Source: Dipteris shenzhenensis
Taxonomy: Eukaryota
Strand: one strand, 5' to 3'
Assembly: GCA_047967505.1 (NCBI GenBank)
Contig: CM106538.1
DNA: 64,000 nucleotides
The position numbers and the translations under genes were made by a program. Positions 22,504 to 35,460 of this stretch are shown here, one piece after another. The notes under the pieces are model-generated. The model saw only the letters and a list, made by a program, of their open reading frames with translations, ran no database searches and was not told the DNA's origin. The stretch's first letter is position 1; each line of letters starts with the position of its first letter.

Positions 22504-23744
22504 CTCAGCAACAAGCTTACGGAGACACCTAGATGTCTTGTAGAGAGAGAGACTTGATAGTCAACCTTGGCAAAACCAAGGTTATGATTTTCAGCAGTAC
22601 TTCACGAACATAGCTTCACTTACAAAGGGGAGCCAGTGGAGATGGTACAGTCTTAAACCTACCTAAGTCTTCGTAGGGTCAGTCTTCACGATGATCCACG
22701 TTGCCAAGGCATGACTCACATGAGGGTCGGGAGCTTTAGCTCGATCAGAGTGGCAGTGCTTTCGGGCACATTCCTAGAATCCCGACGAAGGGATGGCTAT
22801 TTGATACAATAGTGAGACCAACAACCACGTGCGTAGCGCCCTTCTGGGGGGTGAGCGAGTGGCGATGTTTCGAGAGGTTGTAGGTGACTACGGGATCTAA
22901 GATGGTTCGAAGCCCGCCCTCGGTCCCTTACTAAATCATACAGGCAGAGTTTGCTATGACACTGCTCGAGATTGTGCTATCTTTCAGACGGTTACTTACC
23001 TTGACAGGGTTTGGGTCTTACCTGGGAGACTATTGAGGCTAGCACTAGAGTCATCTATACGGCTACTTGAGAGCGGAGTTCACTCGGCTTGATACATACA
23101 CTTTTCTAGATGGTTTGATAGCCAAGGTATGTGTCTCCCCCTTTCACTACAACTTGGATGCTCCTAATCCCTTGGTCCTAGGGAATGAGGTCAACTTTCT
23201 TATATGGCTAGATCTATCAAGCTCTATACGTCACAGACATGGGAGGGGACCAACCACCAAGACCCGGTTCTACCATGACCGCTTCTTGGGAGTGTTGGAG
23301 GATGGAGTGATTATGAAACCCTAGTATGTGGAGGACAGGCTTTCCATGCCCTCAGGATTGCCATTGGACAGATGCGGGTCTCATCCCATCAGCTGAGGAT
23401 TGAGGCAGGGAGAGCCATAGGTACACCTCAGGAGCAAAGGATTTGCAGACTGTTGAGAGAGATAGAGACAGATGAGTATTTCCCATGTACTTGCCCCGTT
23501 TACTATGAGGTGCAAGGATGATAACATTGTCTCTTTCAAGAGGAACACGGTTTTAGACCTCTCGACTGATCCACCTCCAAGATCGGGTCTGCTTTGGTGT
23601 CTATCTGATTGAGATGCGATGACATAAGGAGACCGTATTGCGTGACATCAAAGAGCGTTTTGGGACAGTATCACGAGAGATAGGGGTGCGCCGATGTCTA
23701 TGTCTCTAGGACTCAAGTAGACAAGAGGCCAATTGAAAAAGTGT

Positions 23745-25250
23745 TCCATTGCTTCAACCCGTAGCATCAATGCCTCTATGTCTTGCATACGGTGGAGCAC
23801 GACTTTCTATTATAACCTTTGACCTTAGTTGCTTTGTGACACAAAGGTGTCCATGCATCATAATGAAGCCATCTGTGAGAGTATAATGGTATTGCCGCTG
23901 ATCATAAATCCTTGAGAAATCCTCATTTTGAGCATTATGGTCCTTCATTGCATCCAACTCACTGTGGTAAGCAATGGTTACTGCGGAGACTTGAGGAAAC
24001 CTGTCCGCTCTTTATCAAGCTTAGAGATTACACATTGTGGATCATCAGATCTAGTATCCTTCGCAAAAACTAAGTACGCAGAAATATGATGTTTCATTAC
24101 TGAGCTTTCTTGAAACTCTCAGACTTACTGTTTTTATACCTGCTGGTTTTTCCCAACAATAATGAATAAGCTGTGGTAGCATTCTCAATAAGTTGAGACA
24201 TGTTGGTAACCCTTGTTTTAGTATAGTAATGATTTCCTGTGGCAGCCCACAACAGTATTTTTCAATCTGTTCTGACAAGGGCACATGCCCATAAGAGCTG
24301 ACCAGCAAGAGAGCTTCCCAAAACTTTCTTCCAAGTTATGACAGTGAGCTGCATCCAACTCGTGCCATGCTGTCATAACATTTACCTCAAAGGTAGTGGT
24401 TGACCAAGTAGCTGAAAACACCTGCTTAAACTGAATCCAACTTGTGGGTGCTCTATTTTGGAGCGCTAATTTGTCCACCACGTTAGAGCATTCTCCTTCA
24501 AGAAGGTGGCTGCCTTTCGCATTTTAGATGACTCAGTAAAGTTCACTGTTGGGAAGGCTGCATCAAACTGCTGCACAAAAGTTAAAGCCTTCAGCCTGTC
24601 CTGAGCCCATTAAAGGTCTCAAACTTCACTGCTGCACCACCCTCTTTGTAATGTTTTACCTCCCCTTTGGGTGCCGGATTATCATACACATGTGGCTACA
24701 AAAATGGAGGTTGAATTGCATTCCCTTCGTCCTGTCGTGCATTACCACTACCCATTAGAGGATTTGTCAAACCAGCCCCATGCATACCAAACATACCTGT
24801 AGGAGCTCCAAAGGTTCCTGTTCTTAATCTGTACCAGTCGCGTACTAGCTTCTTGCAGCCCGTTCCAGTCGAAACTTGGGATTTCGTACCTACTCCGTAC
24901 CAGCATGTACTTAAGCTTTAGTACCCGTCTGTACTAGCCCGTGCTTGGAACTACGTACGTCGTCATACCATCAGCAATAAACGCATTGATTACCCCTCTC
25001 GTACCGTTGTACGAATTGTGACCGTGGAGGCGCCAACTTCTGTGAGACCTCCTTTGTAGGCCTTCCTTGGGCTTCCTTTCCAAAAGGGGCTTGCATGGGC
25101 TTGCCACGTGGCAGCCCATGCCTTGGGTTGCTCCCAAGGGCTTCATTTGTCCCTAGAGCCGCTCTAGTGGGGCTTGCATGGGCTTGCCATGTGGCAGCCC
25201 ATGCCTTGGGTTGCTCCCAAGGGCTTCATTTGTCCCTAGAGAGTTCATGT
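23745..25250 (-). mobile_element. Ty3/gypsy internal remnant (gag plus integrase N-terminal zinc domain, most of pol deleted)
   Basis: gag: LKALTFVQQFDAAF..NFTESSKMRKAATFL, APTSWIQFKQVFSATW. Integrase-like LRSKVIIESRAPPYARHRGIDAT. ~83-bp tandem duplication at 25087-25241. Confidence 0.75.
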
Positions 25251-25254
25251 GAGC

Positions 25255-26340
25255 ATAAAAAATCATGCCCTCGTGAGAGGGGGAGAGAGGCTAGAGAGAG
25301 AAGAAATGATACTCAAAGGTAGACTCCATGGAAGGCTTTCATTCATTCATCATCATCAATGAGACGAGTGAAGTACAAGCCTTTATAGGCTAGACACACA
25401 CACTAGCACCAAGTTGATTTGTGATACCTCCCATGGTGACACGTGGCACTGACACATAAAACCTCTACTAGATTTCCTAGTACAACACATCACACACACT
25501 CTTACTAGACCAGACATTGCATTTACAGTGATAGTTGTTAGCCGGTATATGGCTAATCCAAAAGGAGGCATGATTTCTCTTGCATCCCCCTTCAGAGCAA
25601 AGAGTGTGTGACTCAACACGTAAGGAGTAGACCGATCCCCTGTCCACTGTAATATTGCAAAGAGCAAGTCAAACTATCCAGCACCTCTTGTGTGATAGTG
25701 ACTTCTTAGTTAGCTTAGGATCCGCAAGGGTAGACCATCGCTCGTCACCCCCCCTTACTCTGAACTAGGTGGTCAATACCATCATACCAAAGTAGAAAAC
25801 CATACAATCATTTTAGGGGGACAACCTAGGGCAGAGTACCTCTTATTGACTCCAAATAATTCATTTTAGAGGGACAACTCAAGGCTGAGAACCTTTATTA
25901 ACTCTACACAAAAACACACATCATATAGTGCCTAGAATCCCAGTCATAATGCTCCTCAAGAGAGAGTCCGTGAACCTCAATTGTGGTTGCATGTATCTCA
26001 GGTGGCGCTTCAGGTTCGGCCTGATCTTCAACAATAAGAGTGGCATGGGGTAGGATGTGATGGTTTTCATCAATAAGGATGCTTGTCTTTCCATCAATTG
26101 AGGTTTCTTGAGCACTGAAAACAGCCAAGATTTGATAGGATATAGATATTCTTCAATTGTACCAAGAGCCGACCAACAGGCAGGGAGGCTACCAAGAGCG
26201 CCTAGAATACTTGAATGTAGCCTAGCTGTGGAGGCCCTAGGTGATGTAAATGGCTGAGAGGAGGCGAAAACAGAAGCGAATGGTTGCAGGAAGGAGGTAG
26301 TTGGAGGCGGCTCTCTAAATGTGAAAGTGAGAATGTGATC
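25255..26340 (-). mobile_element. LTR (~25255-25584) with PPT and 3' internal region of an LTR element related to 61780-64000
   Basis: PPT GAAGGGGGA then TG at 25584 on minus. Terminal inverted AAATCATGCC/GGCATGATTT. TGACACGTGGCACT.ACACATAA..CTCTACTAGA..TCCTAGTA is shared with 63860-63905; TCATTTTAGG.GGAC and CAGGGCAGA-like blocks are shared with 61900-61980. Confidence 0.6.
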
Positions 26341-26899
26341 TAAAAATTAAAATTAATCATAAAATCCCCTTCTCTCCCATCTAAGGTCACAAAGCGGAGG
26401 AGGCAAACTTCAAAGCAATACAAATGGAGCTCTGTCATTCAGCTTAACTTTCAAGGTTTCACCACCTCAATGTACCCGAAAAGTGGGTAGTGGTACAGAG
26501 GAGACGACTCTTGATCTAGACGGGTGCCTGTTGACATACTCGCCTAGGGAGGGAGGGTTCTATGAGACTTAAACGTGCAACGTTTAGAGAGGTGTGTTGC
26601 CCTATCAGCTAGATTTAGATTTAGATTTAGATGCTCGTTGGGGAGAGACTAAAATGAAAACGTTTAGACTTCACAAGCAGTTGTAGCTTGAATGAAAAGA
26701 TTTTGGACTACCTTTTGACTTGCCTTCTCCTTTAGTGCTAGCCTTCGTCATGGCTGAGTCTGCCCTTCACCTCCGGAGTGCCGAGAGAAACTCAATATGA
26801 AGACTTTGTATAAATGGATGCTTAAGTATGTGTGGGTGTGTGGATTTGTATGTGAGAGCATATTTTTATACTATGGTCTACACCCACTGTTGGGCGCTG

Positions 26900-28645
26900 A
26901 TGATGTCAGTGGGGATGTCATAGTAGCTAGTCCCTGCTATGGATGATGGAGTTTATGGTTTTCAACCTTGTGAGTGACTATGATGAGATTGAAACTGCAC
27001 TATGTTGTGTTTTAGAGTATGAGTTTGGGAATGTTCCTGGATTCATCTAGGTATGTGTGCAACGTTTGGAACTTTGTGGCCAGAGCCAAGAAACTTCCTA
27101 GAGTCTTATACAAGATGAGACGTCTTCTTCTACATAGAGAACCCAGAGCACCCACTACTACTAGTCTGTGGGTACACATGGGAGTCAACCTATCGTGGAT
27201 GTCACTAGAGAGATTACTACAATTTGTGGGTACACATGAGAGTTAACCTATCGCGACGAGACTAGAGAGTCGGCAGGGATCAAGGTGCCTGGTAGCTCCA
27301 ACCAATGATCTCTTACTAGGATGATCTTTATGTAGTGACGTGTCTAGACGGTAGATTGTTATGGATCTTGATTAGGAGCACATCTTTGTGAGACACTTCA
27401 ATTGCAATTTGCTACTTTTTCATAGAGACCTCATGTCTTGTGAAAGAGCTCAAAGAGGAGAGTGAGATGTTGCATTCTATATTTAGACATCATACATTTC
27501 TCTATCCGTTATTGATCATCGACCTTCAAAGTGCAAACTGTCAGGTATCGATCATTGACTTTCACAACACAATCATATTGCTTGACGAGGTAGTTTTTTC
27601 TTGAGTTGCATATCGATGACGTCTAGCAATATCATACGGGCGCACTTTCATAGATATGAACAGAGTACATGATTTGATTATCTAGAACGGTCTGGAGAGA
27701 TGGCCTTCTTCCAAAATCACTTGTTTTTCCTGCAATATACTTATTGGGGGAGTCTATAATTCACAATATTTTCCTTTCTGAAAATTCTCCCTTGCAGTTT
27801 CCAGTGTAGTTGATTGTCTTATGGGATCCCCTACCTTTGCCTCTCATATAACAACTTTCTACATCCCATTGCTCCTACCTTAAGCAAACCACACCTACTT
27901 ATTCTTTAGGTTGTCCATCCCACTCCATACCACATGGAGCACATCCCATCACACCTACATCACATATTAGGAGATTCACTTTGATCACAAATTAGCTCTT
28001 GCATATGCTACTTGTCTCTGTGTTAGGCATGTAGCTATATATTGATGGTATCTCTAACTAGAAGATAGAGTTGCCGTGATCATCCGTTGCCTTCATAATA
28101 TCGCTCTCCAGTCCTTTTCCACAGCAATAGTTCCATGTGCCCACCACCCTTGGATCGGTCTTTTGCAATAGTTGATATGATGGCGAGTGTAAGCTCTTGT
28201 GCATGTCAACTCAGCTTCGAAACCAAGCATCACCTTTCGATTAAGACAAAGACCATATGAGAATATCATCATCTAGTTTGTCAGAAAGATTACATTTTCC
28301 ATAATGAGGAGGTTTAACATAATTTGGACCTTTGATTGAAGTTTCTTGAGCAAAGGTCCCCATCTCCTCTCTCCGATCATTTGGTACACACGCATGTACC
28401 CTTTATGAGAAACTCTATTAGCCGACACCAAACATTCCATAGCTACCTCGCTCTACCTCTTGTTCTCTCTTCACCACGGGTCATATCAAAAAACACACAA
28501 CCCTCAAGCTATTCAATAACCCAGCCAAAACCTGAGGAGCTATGCACAGAGTACATTGTACATGCATGTAGCATCTTAGTCCCAATCTTAGCAAAGATTT
28601 TTAATGAAGCGGTTTGCATCGCTTTTCATCACACTTGAAACGTCA
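26900..28645 (+). mobile_element. Highly degraded RTE-X-like fragments (C-terminal tail, then APE and RT start)
   Basis: HDLII.NGLERWPSS, SVVDCLMGS (APE-like); LCTEYIVHACSILVPILAKIFN (pre-RT); weak similarity of 27000-27300 to the 1-250 tail. Confidence 0.45.
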
Positions 28646-29056
28646 AATGTGACTCTTTGCTTCCATGCATAATCTCCTCAACGATACCTCTCTATGTGAC
28701 AATGTGGTCCATCATAGCATGATTTTCTCGAAAGCCTACCTACTCAACTCTAAATTGCTGTCCCCTATTTGGCTAACCAGGGGACTTGGCTAACCCAAGT
28801 TCAAGTGTCGATGTTAAATCTTAGACATGACATGCATGTTCATAATGGCCTTTTAGTTTTTTGAGCTCATGGGATCACTAACACATTAATCGCGACAATG
28901 GTGTTACGTTCAGGTATGAGGAAAAGCGGTGCAAATTGCTTCATTAAATAGCTTTGCTGAGATTGGGACTAAGATGCTACGTCCATGTGCAATGTATTCA
29001 GTGCATAGCTCCTCAAGTTTTTTGGTGGGGTCATTGTATAGTTTGAAGGTTGCTTG

Positions 29057-29790
29057 TTTTTTTTTTGCAAAAAGAGACTTCTATTAAGTATTAAAGAAAA
29101 CCGTTAGAGCAAGCTCCATACGGGATACACCATGCAATGCATGAAAAGCTCAAGAGCCAAAAAGAAAGAATTGGGGCTGATAGTGTCATCTCAATCCGGT
29201 AGAAACCTTTGAGAAAAAGAGAGAACCCCTCCAAACTTGAAGAAATACAGTCCTCCTAGAAGAGGCTGTCCGTGAAGGGCCTTGCATGCTAGCCCATATG
29301 GCTATCAAAGTGTGAACCGTGTCAGTCCAAATACACCTGTGATGGGTGTATCTGGGTGTCATCCAAGGCCTTTGTACATCTGGCTCTCCAAATGTGCCAA
29401 GAGGAAATGCTGACCAAAATTTCCCAAGAGGTGTCCACTGAAGCATGAGAAGCTCTGAAGGGAGAAAGTGGTACATCCTGAAGAGAGCATGGCTCTATCA
29501 CCTGCCGACGGACCGAGAGTGCCCAAGAAGAAGGGGATAACCAGTCGACCGAGCCCCAAGTCATGAAGAAAGGGAAGTATGAAAAATGCTGAGTATCCAA
29601 GCAACCCCTTTCCAAACAGTCCTCGCCTGCTGATTGCAGGTCGAAAAGCAATGTCGCACTGACTTCTCTGCAGAATGACAGCGAGGGCAAGTGGGATCAG
29701 CCCCAAATTGTGATCTCTAGAGGTTCACTGCAATCCCTCCATGAATAGAAAAGAGTGATCTTTCTATTTTTGAGGGACCAGAGCCTCCTC
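29057..29790 (-). mobile_element. L1 family A copy 3, 3' fragment
   Basis: T10-GCAAAAAGAGACTTCTATTAAG terminus; SVDTSWEILVSISSWHIWRARC matches copy 2. Confidence 0.9.
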
Positions 29791-29799
29791 CAGCTTTCT

Positions 29800-30660
29800 C
29801 GGATGAGCCATTGGTTCCACTTCATATCCTATCAGTAGAGTTTGAGGCTACCTCTCTATAGCTTGAATATAGTCTCCAGGTGGTCACATATCTTTATAGA
29901 TTTAGGGACGTCGGCACCGTGACATCCGGATGGCGCAAGGTACCATGGCTGGCCTTGACCTCGTCTAAGATACTAGAGACAGAGGGGGATCAGGTATGCT
30001 TGATTACATAGATGGTTTACAGAACTTGAAGTCCATATGGACAAACTTCCACCATTCCAGATAGCCTTGAAGGCCATCCACTCTGCTCACCTATCACGAG
30101 GTGAATCATGTCTTCTTTTCTGGTAACTGAAGCCAGAGGCAACAGGGGATGCAATGCAGTGGAGATCCAGAGACTGACAAAAGAGGCACGTGCTCGAATT
30201 GTGCATCACATTAGGATCCTTGACATCTCCTCTTTACTATTTGACTTGGAGAGAGAAATCATTGGAGTTCTGGCAGCGCTTGTCAGATAACAAGCCACCT
30301 CTTGGAGACTATCAGGAGGAGAGGGGGGCCAAGATAGACTGATAAGATTGAGCTCTAGCAGTGCTCCATTTTTTACTCCTTTCCTCAACGATGCCGCCTT
30401 TCTCCAAACCTAGAGCCATTGTTGGCCGACATCATCTCTTCTATCCTGAGGCAATGGTCGGAGTTGATCCCACAGATATCATACATAGGTTCAGTCTCTC
30501 AGATAGTCAGCTGATCAGATGATCGATTGATGAAGGTCTCTTTTCCTTTGTGTCCTTTGCATTTGTGTAGCAAGAATGCGGTGTCTCTCTCCATCGGTAT
30601 TCTTGTCTCATACATCAGCGTTGGGTGTTGATGCCCTCTTTAGTAGCCCACCCCCTTAGC
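29800..30660 (+). mobile_element. Degraded RTE-X-like 3' fragment
   Basis: LHILSVEFEAT..QVVTYL resembles 22930-23000; HHIRILDISSLL resembles 230-265; GGTG.TGATGC.C..TTAGTAGCCC is shared with the 20845-20870 UTR. Confidence 0.55.
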
Positions 30661-31285
30661 TTTTCTCTCTTCTCATATTTCTTGTTCTTCTTTTCTAGTT
30701 TTTTATCTTTCTTTTTGTTGAACTGTCTCTTGTTTGGGTTGGGATTTCGAAGCTTAGTAAACAGTGAGTTTACCCAAGAGATTTGGGAATCTTTCAAAAC
30801 CCGGGTGGCAACTTTAGGCGGCTTTGCTTTGCAAAGCCCTCCCAAACCCAAAACCATCCCCCCCTCGTTCCCCCTCTCGTCCCCTTCCTCCCCTCCCCCT
30901 CCTCCCCAAACACCGTTGCCCCTCCTATGTACTCTTAATTTTGTTTAAAGTCGCTTACAAAACTCCCTTCTACCCTTTCTTCCACTTGTTAAAAAATTTT
31001 CATTTGTAAGATTGGATTTATTCTAGTCTTATTAAGGTCTTGTTTTTTTTATTGCAGTGTTTTTTTGGAGTCCTTTCTCTAGGCCCTTGATAGTGAGAGC
31101 TAATGAATGGTTGTATAAGATGTCGACTAATGTGTGTTCTTATGTGCAGTGTGATCGTCTTTTTAATAGTGATTTTTGTGTTCCCTTCCGAAGTGCTTTC
31201 AATATCTCCATAGAACTTTTCTAAATTGGAAGGTGTACTGTTTCGCTTGATTGGAGTGTTATGTCTATTGCTTTCGCTTTTGCAG

Positions 31286-31452
31286 GGAATAAAATGATCA
31301 TAGAAGAGACAAAAAGGAGCATTCATGATGCTCTTTGCGTTGCACGAAACTTGATCTGTAATAACGCAATAGTGTATGGTGGAGGCTCTGCAGAAATTTC
31401 TTGTTCTCTTGTGGTAGACGAAGCTGCTGACAAAATCCCAGGGGTTGAACAA
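31286..31452 (+). CDS. CCT5: T-complex protein 1 subunit epsilon, third-from-last coding exon
   Basis: TTTGCAG acceptor; [58 protein letters not shown] donor at 31453. Confidence 0.95.
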
Positions 31453-31598
31453 GTGCGTTTCTTCTAGCTTGGATGTTGGGTTTAGGATCAAGTATATATT
31501 TAGGGTTATAGTTTTTTCTGAACCGGCACAAAGTCAGGGCTGGAGATGTAGACAAATGTTACTGTTTCATTAAAACTGGCCTGATTTGGTTGTTACAG

Positions 31599-31712
31599 TA
31601 TGCTGTTAGAGCATTTGCTGAGGCTCTGGATGCTGTTCCAATGGCACTCGCTGAAAATAGTGGCCTTCAAACGATTGACACATTGACTGCTGTGAAATCC
31701 CAGCAAGTGAAG
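31599..31712 (+). CDS. CCT5: T-complex protein 1 subunit epsilon, penultimate coding exon
   Basis: TTACAG acceptor; [38 protein letters not shown] (38 codons, phase 0); GTAGGG donor. Confidence 0.95.
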
Positions 31713-31795
31713 GTAGGGACTTGAATCGGGCTGCCCCTGCACTTTTTGCACTTTTGCTTAAGCTTCATGGCTCTGATTTTATTCTGTTGTCACAG

Positions 31796-31966
31796 GAGAG
31801 AAATCCCCATTTGGGAATCGATTGCAATGATACTGGGACAAATGACATGAAGGATCAGAATGTGTTTGAGACACTAATTGGGAAGCAGCAGCAAATTTTA
31901 TTGGCCACTCAGGTTGTCAAGATGATCTTAAAAATTGATGACGTGATCACACCTTCTGGTTTCTAA
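31796..31966 (+). CDS. CCT5: T-complex protein 1 subunit epsilon, last coding exon
   Basis: CACAG acceptor; [56 protein letters not shown]-stop, the characteristic CCT5 C-terminus. Confidence 0.95.
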   Translation, partial: ERNPHLGIDCNDTGTNDMKDQNVFETLIGKQQQILLATQVVKMILKIDDVITPSGF

Positions 31967-34129
31967 AACTTTAGTACCTCGTGAATTTGGCCACTATCCC
32001 AGATATAAGGTGGTATCTATGCATGGTTGGTGAGAGTACATCTCAACGTTCGAGTTCGAACAGGTTGTACGGAAACTGCATTATATACATAAGCAGGCGT
32101 TTAATCCTGTTGTCAGAGCCCAAAATTGGATATAGAACATCCTATTTCTACTGTGTTCAGAGCTTTCCACTAATGGGGTCAAACAAAAATTTTGCTTTTC
32201 AAAACGTACTGGTTATATCGTCAGTGTATCGATGGGTTAGTACTATTTAGAGGCTCATTTTATATATTATAAGAATTTGCAATTTCTTTTTAAATGGGCC
32301 CCTCTGAAAAACCTTCATTAAGTAGTAATACAAAAATTTGTTTTGCCCTAGTTAAGTCTTGTTGTGAGTTCTATTCCTTCTGGACATCACAAAGAGCAAG
32401 GTATCCAGGAATTCAATAGACTCGCTATTTTTACCAGAATATAGGAATTTGACCTATTATATTGAAAATAGGTATCTGTTTCTTGTGCCCCTGGTTACAA
32501 ATGGCTCATCTCTGTTCCTGCTTTCTCATTTTAAAAGGAAGGAAATAACTACGAGCCACCTTAGAATTGGGCAACTTATCTTTGCTACTAGGCATCGTCA
32601 ATTAGCCCTGGTAGGGTAGGTTGGAATCAACTTGGTCCCCTAATTTTGCCAACGTACTATTTCATCCAGCTTAAAGTTCAATTGTTCAAGTAGTGTCTTG
32701 TCTTGGCTCCTGGGCATTTTTTCAACATACAAAATTTCAATGCATAGTGATTAAATTTTAGTCTGGACTCGCAAATTAAATCAGGCTTCATAAGCGCCAG
32801 TTCCAGCTACTTGATGCAACTACCAGCTGCTTCACAGAAAGAGAAAGCATGAAGCAACTACACACAATCGGGTCTGACAGGTAGCTAACAGGTTTGACAG
32901 AATTAGTTAGCAGAGATGTGGCTGAAAGCAACACATATACAAGGATAATCAGTTTGGCCTCTGCAGAAGTGCGTAGTTGTGTGACTCTTTGTTTTGGACC
33001 ACCAATAGAAATATTTGGTTGGTTAGAACAGAGCACAGGAGAGATGTCTACAAATGTGAGGGCAGGAAGGAAAGATCTTTGACCAGTCTTCTCTTCAAAG
33101 GTTGAAAGTCTAGTCAATATCTCCATATCGTGCTTTCTCCCCTCTTGAAGCTATTTTTATCGTCTTATTATGTCTTGAGCTATCATGTGTCATACTTGTT
33201 AGCTTCTCCTCTACTCCGGTGCTTTGGTATTGTGATATATTCTTACATGTGGTAATTAATTTGGTTTTTCTTGCACACAAAATGAATATGCCTCAAGCGG
33301 TAGCAGTTGAAGAACCTAAGCAGTGAAGAGATTAAACATGTTATCTTGAAGCAATGGAGGATAGCATCCATACAGAAGGATTGCAAGAAGTAATTTTGGT
33401 ACTCTTGAACGAATCTGGTCTTCTATGTAAGTATCTATCACATTGTAAAAAACAACAGAAGTTATAAGCTGCCCATCGATGCCCAATTTAGAGAAGAGAC
33501 GATGATTTTTGTTTATGCGTGTTCTTTGATCTACTACTCTCTTTATAAAATATTGATATTGAAAGCTAAATCATTAAATTGATTTATACAACATTGCTCA
33601 CCTTTGCCTTTTGAATTTATAAGTCTTTCAAGTGATGTCTTTCAAGTGATACACCTCAAGTAGATGAGGACAAGATTCTTTTATAAATGCCTCTGTCAAA
33701 CTGAATGCATCATTTCTTTTAAGCTTCTTGGAGGTTGTATTGAGTATTTGATTATTTGATCATTTTATCAGTCGCTCAAACATACATGTACTGAAGAAAG
33801 GTTTTATTTTGCCTTGTATTTTTGAGATGGGATATACAATGTTCTTAGAGGAGTATATGCGCTGAATTATTAAGATTGACAAATTTGGGTAGTTGCACAA
33901 AATAGGAAAACATTTTCTTAAAGCTTTCTTTGATACACAAGGCATGTCACACGATGCATATGCACAAAATGTTTCTCCTTCAGGTCTTTTTGATGTGGTA
34001 CATTGATATCTTTTATCCATGCTATCCATAAGGATCCCAAAATATTTATCTAGATTCTTCAAGAATTTTTGTTTATGCTTTGTTAGCTTTGAGCACTCTT
34101 TTAAGTTTGTTATTTCTTGTGGTACTTAG

Positions 34130-34420
34130 TAGCACAATGGATTCGAGCTGAATGGAAAATTGCATTCGGATTATTAAACACATCTTAAGATTTTTGAAGG
34201 AGATTACATTGGATTTGAAAGTTTGCACGTAAACATAATCCCATATTTTACTTTCTTTGGTACCTTCACATAAACATACTCCCATCTTTTACTTAAGAGC
34301 ACAATGGATTCGAGCTACATGGAAAATTGCGTTCGGATTATTGAACACATCTTACATTGGATTTGAAAGTTTGCACATAAACATACTCCCATCTTTTAGT
34401 TTTTTTGGTATCTTCACATT
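34130..34420. repeat. Imperfect tandem duplication (~168-bp period)
   Basis: AGCACAATGGATTCGAGCT...TTACATTGGATTTGAAAGTTTGCAC...CTTCACAT occurs twice. Confidence 0.85.
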
Positions 34421-34829
34421 ATTAAAAAAGATATTCCATACTTTAGTGACATGGCTGCACTAGCAAAATTGATGTGGACATCGCATGTAATTTGCAAACT
34501 TTTGCGTGCATATTTTTCCCGTGAGATGGACTTAGGTCTAAGTTATGATAGCTCTAAGGATAGCGTGTTGTGTTAACAAAGGTGCAATGCAAGCTAGTTT
34601 GAAAGGAATTGCTAGAGTACATAAATATGATGTCTAAGAAAGAGAGATGGAGGCCACAGCAGAGAGCACAGATAGGTTGCAGAGTTTGAAGAGCAAGGAT
34701 ACAGAGGACACAAGGAGGTTGCATTAAGTAGATGTGAGCTTTGTCATCATCCTAAAATGGGAGGCTCATGCATTGCTTTGTATTGAATCCTATACCTCTT
34801 GGTATTGATGTTATTGTGCCGCAAATGGG

Positions 34830-35460
34830 GATACACTGTGGGCTTTGCATAAAAGTGGAATTTTATGATTTGCTGGATCTCCTAAAAAGTATCCATTGAG
34901 GCATGTGCAGGTGTTTTTGAGAGTGAGAAACATCCTCCAAAGAGCATGAATCCACTAAATTTCATCAAACTGAAAGAGACGAAGATGAGTCATGCCTCTC
35001 ATAAAAGGCTTAAGGCCTTGAAAGAGAAGCCAAGCATCCTCATTGATTTGTTATCCCATAAACAATGCACTAAATGGACTCTTATGCAGAAAGGCAACGA
35101 GGGCAAGTTAGGGCTGACCCAAACCTAGACCTCCTTAATTCATTGCAATCCCTCCATCAATAGAAAGCCAGAAGATAATAGTGATCTAATTCTTGAGGGC
35201 TTTCCAGAGTCTTCTCCTAAAGGTTGTTAGCAAGTCTGTATAAATCTAAAAATTCTCCCCTTCTAGCCCCTAAAATGTTGAAACCTCTTGGCATTGGTAA
35301 TGGAGGCAAATGAATGGAGGCTCTTCTAATGGTTTCTCTCACCAGGTTCCCACTACAGATACTCTATGCGGACACCTCCATAGAGCCCAATCCTCCATCA
35401 ACTCGGAATGTGATCTAGGTTAGAGTCTAGATACCAACTTGAAGTCAAGAAACACTACTA
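34830..35460 (-). mobile_element. Degraded L1 family A-like ORF2 C-terminal fragment
   Basis: TTCA.TGCAATCCC.CCAT..ATAGA.AGCCA and CCAGGTTCCCACT..AGATAC.CTAT blocks are shared with 9706-9990. Confidence 0.65.

Larger units (their letters stand above)
20940..23730 (+). mobile_element. RTE-X-like LINE RT/C-terminal remnant interrupted by a DNA transposon
   Basis: Reading across the insert gives IQILLYA.DI..SSSATSLRRHLDVL..RDLIVNLGKTKVMIF. C-terminal LRIAIGQMRVSSHQLRIEAGR...QRICRL..EIETDEYFPCTCPVYYEV at ~23350-23520. Confidence 0.8.

Noticed and set aside
26609-26632. (TAGATT)4 telomere-like run
   Set aside because: Too short, and it does not match TTTAGGG.
32788-33126. 112-aa minus-strand ORF downstream of CCT5
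   Set aside because: No recognisable motif or exon support.
33500-34500. AT-rich region with short ORFs, possible transposase remnant
   Set aside because: No diagnostic motif could be recognised by eye.
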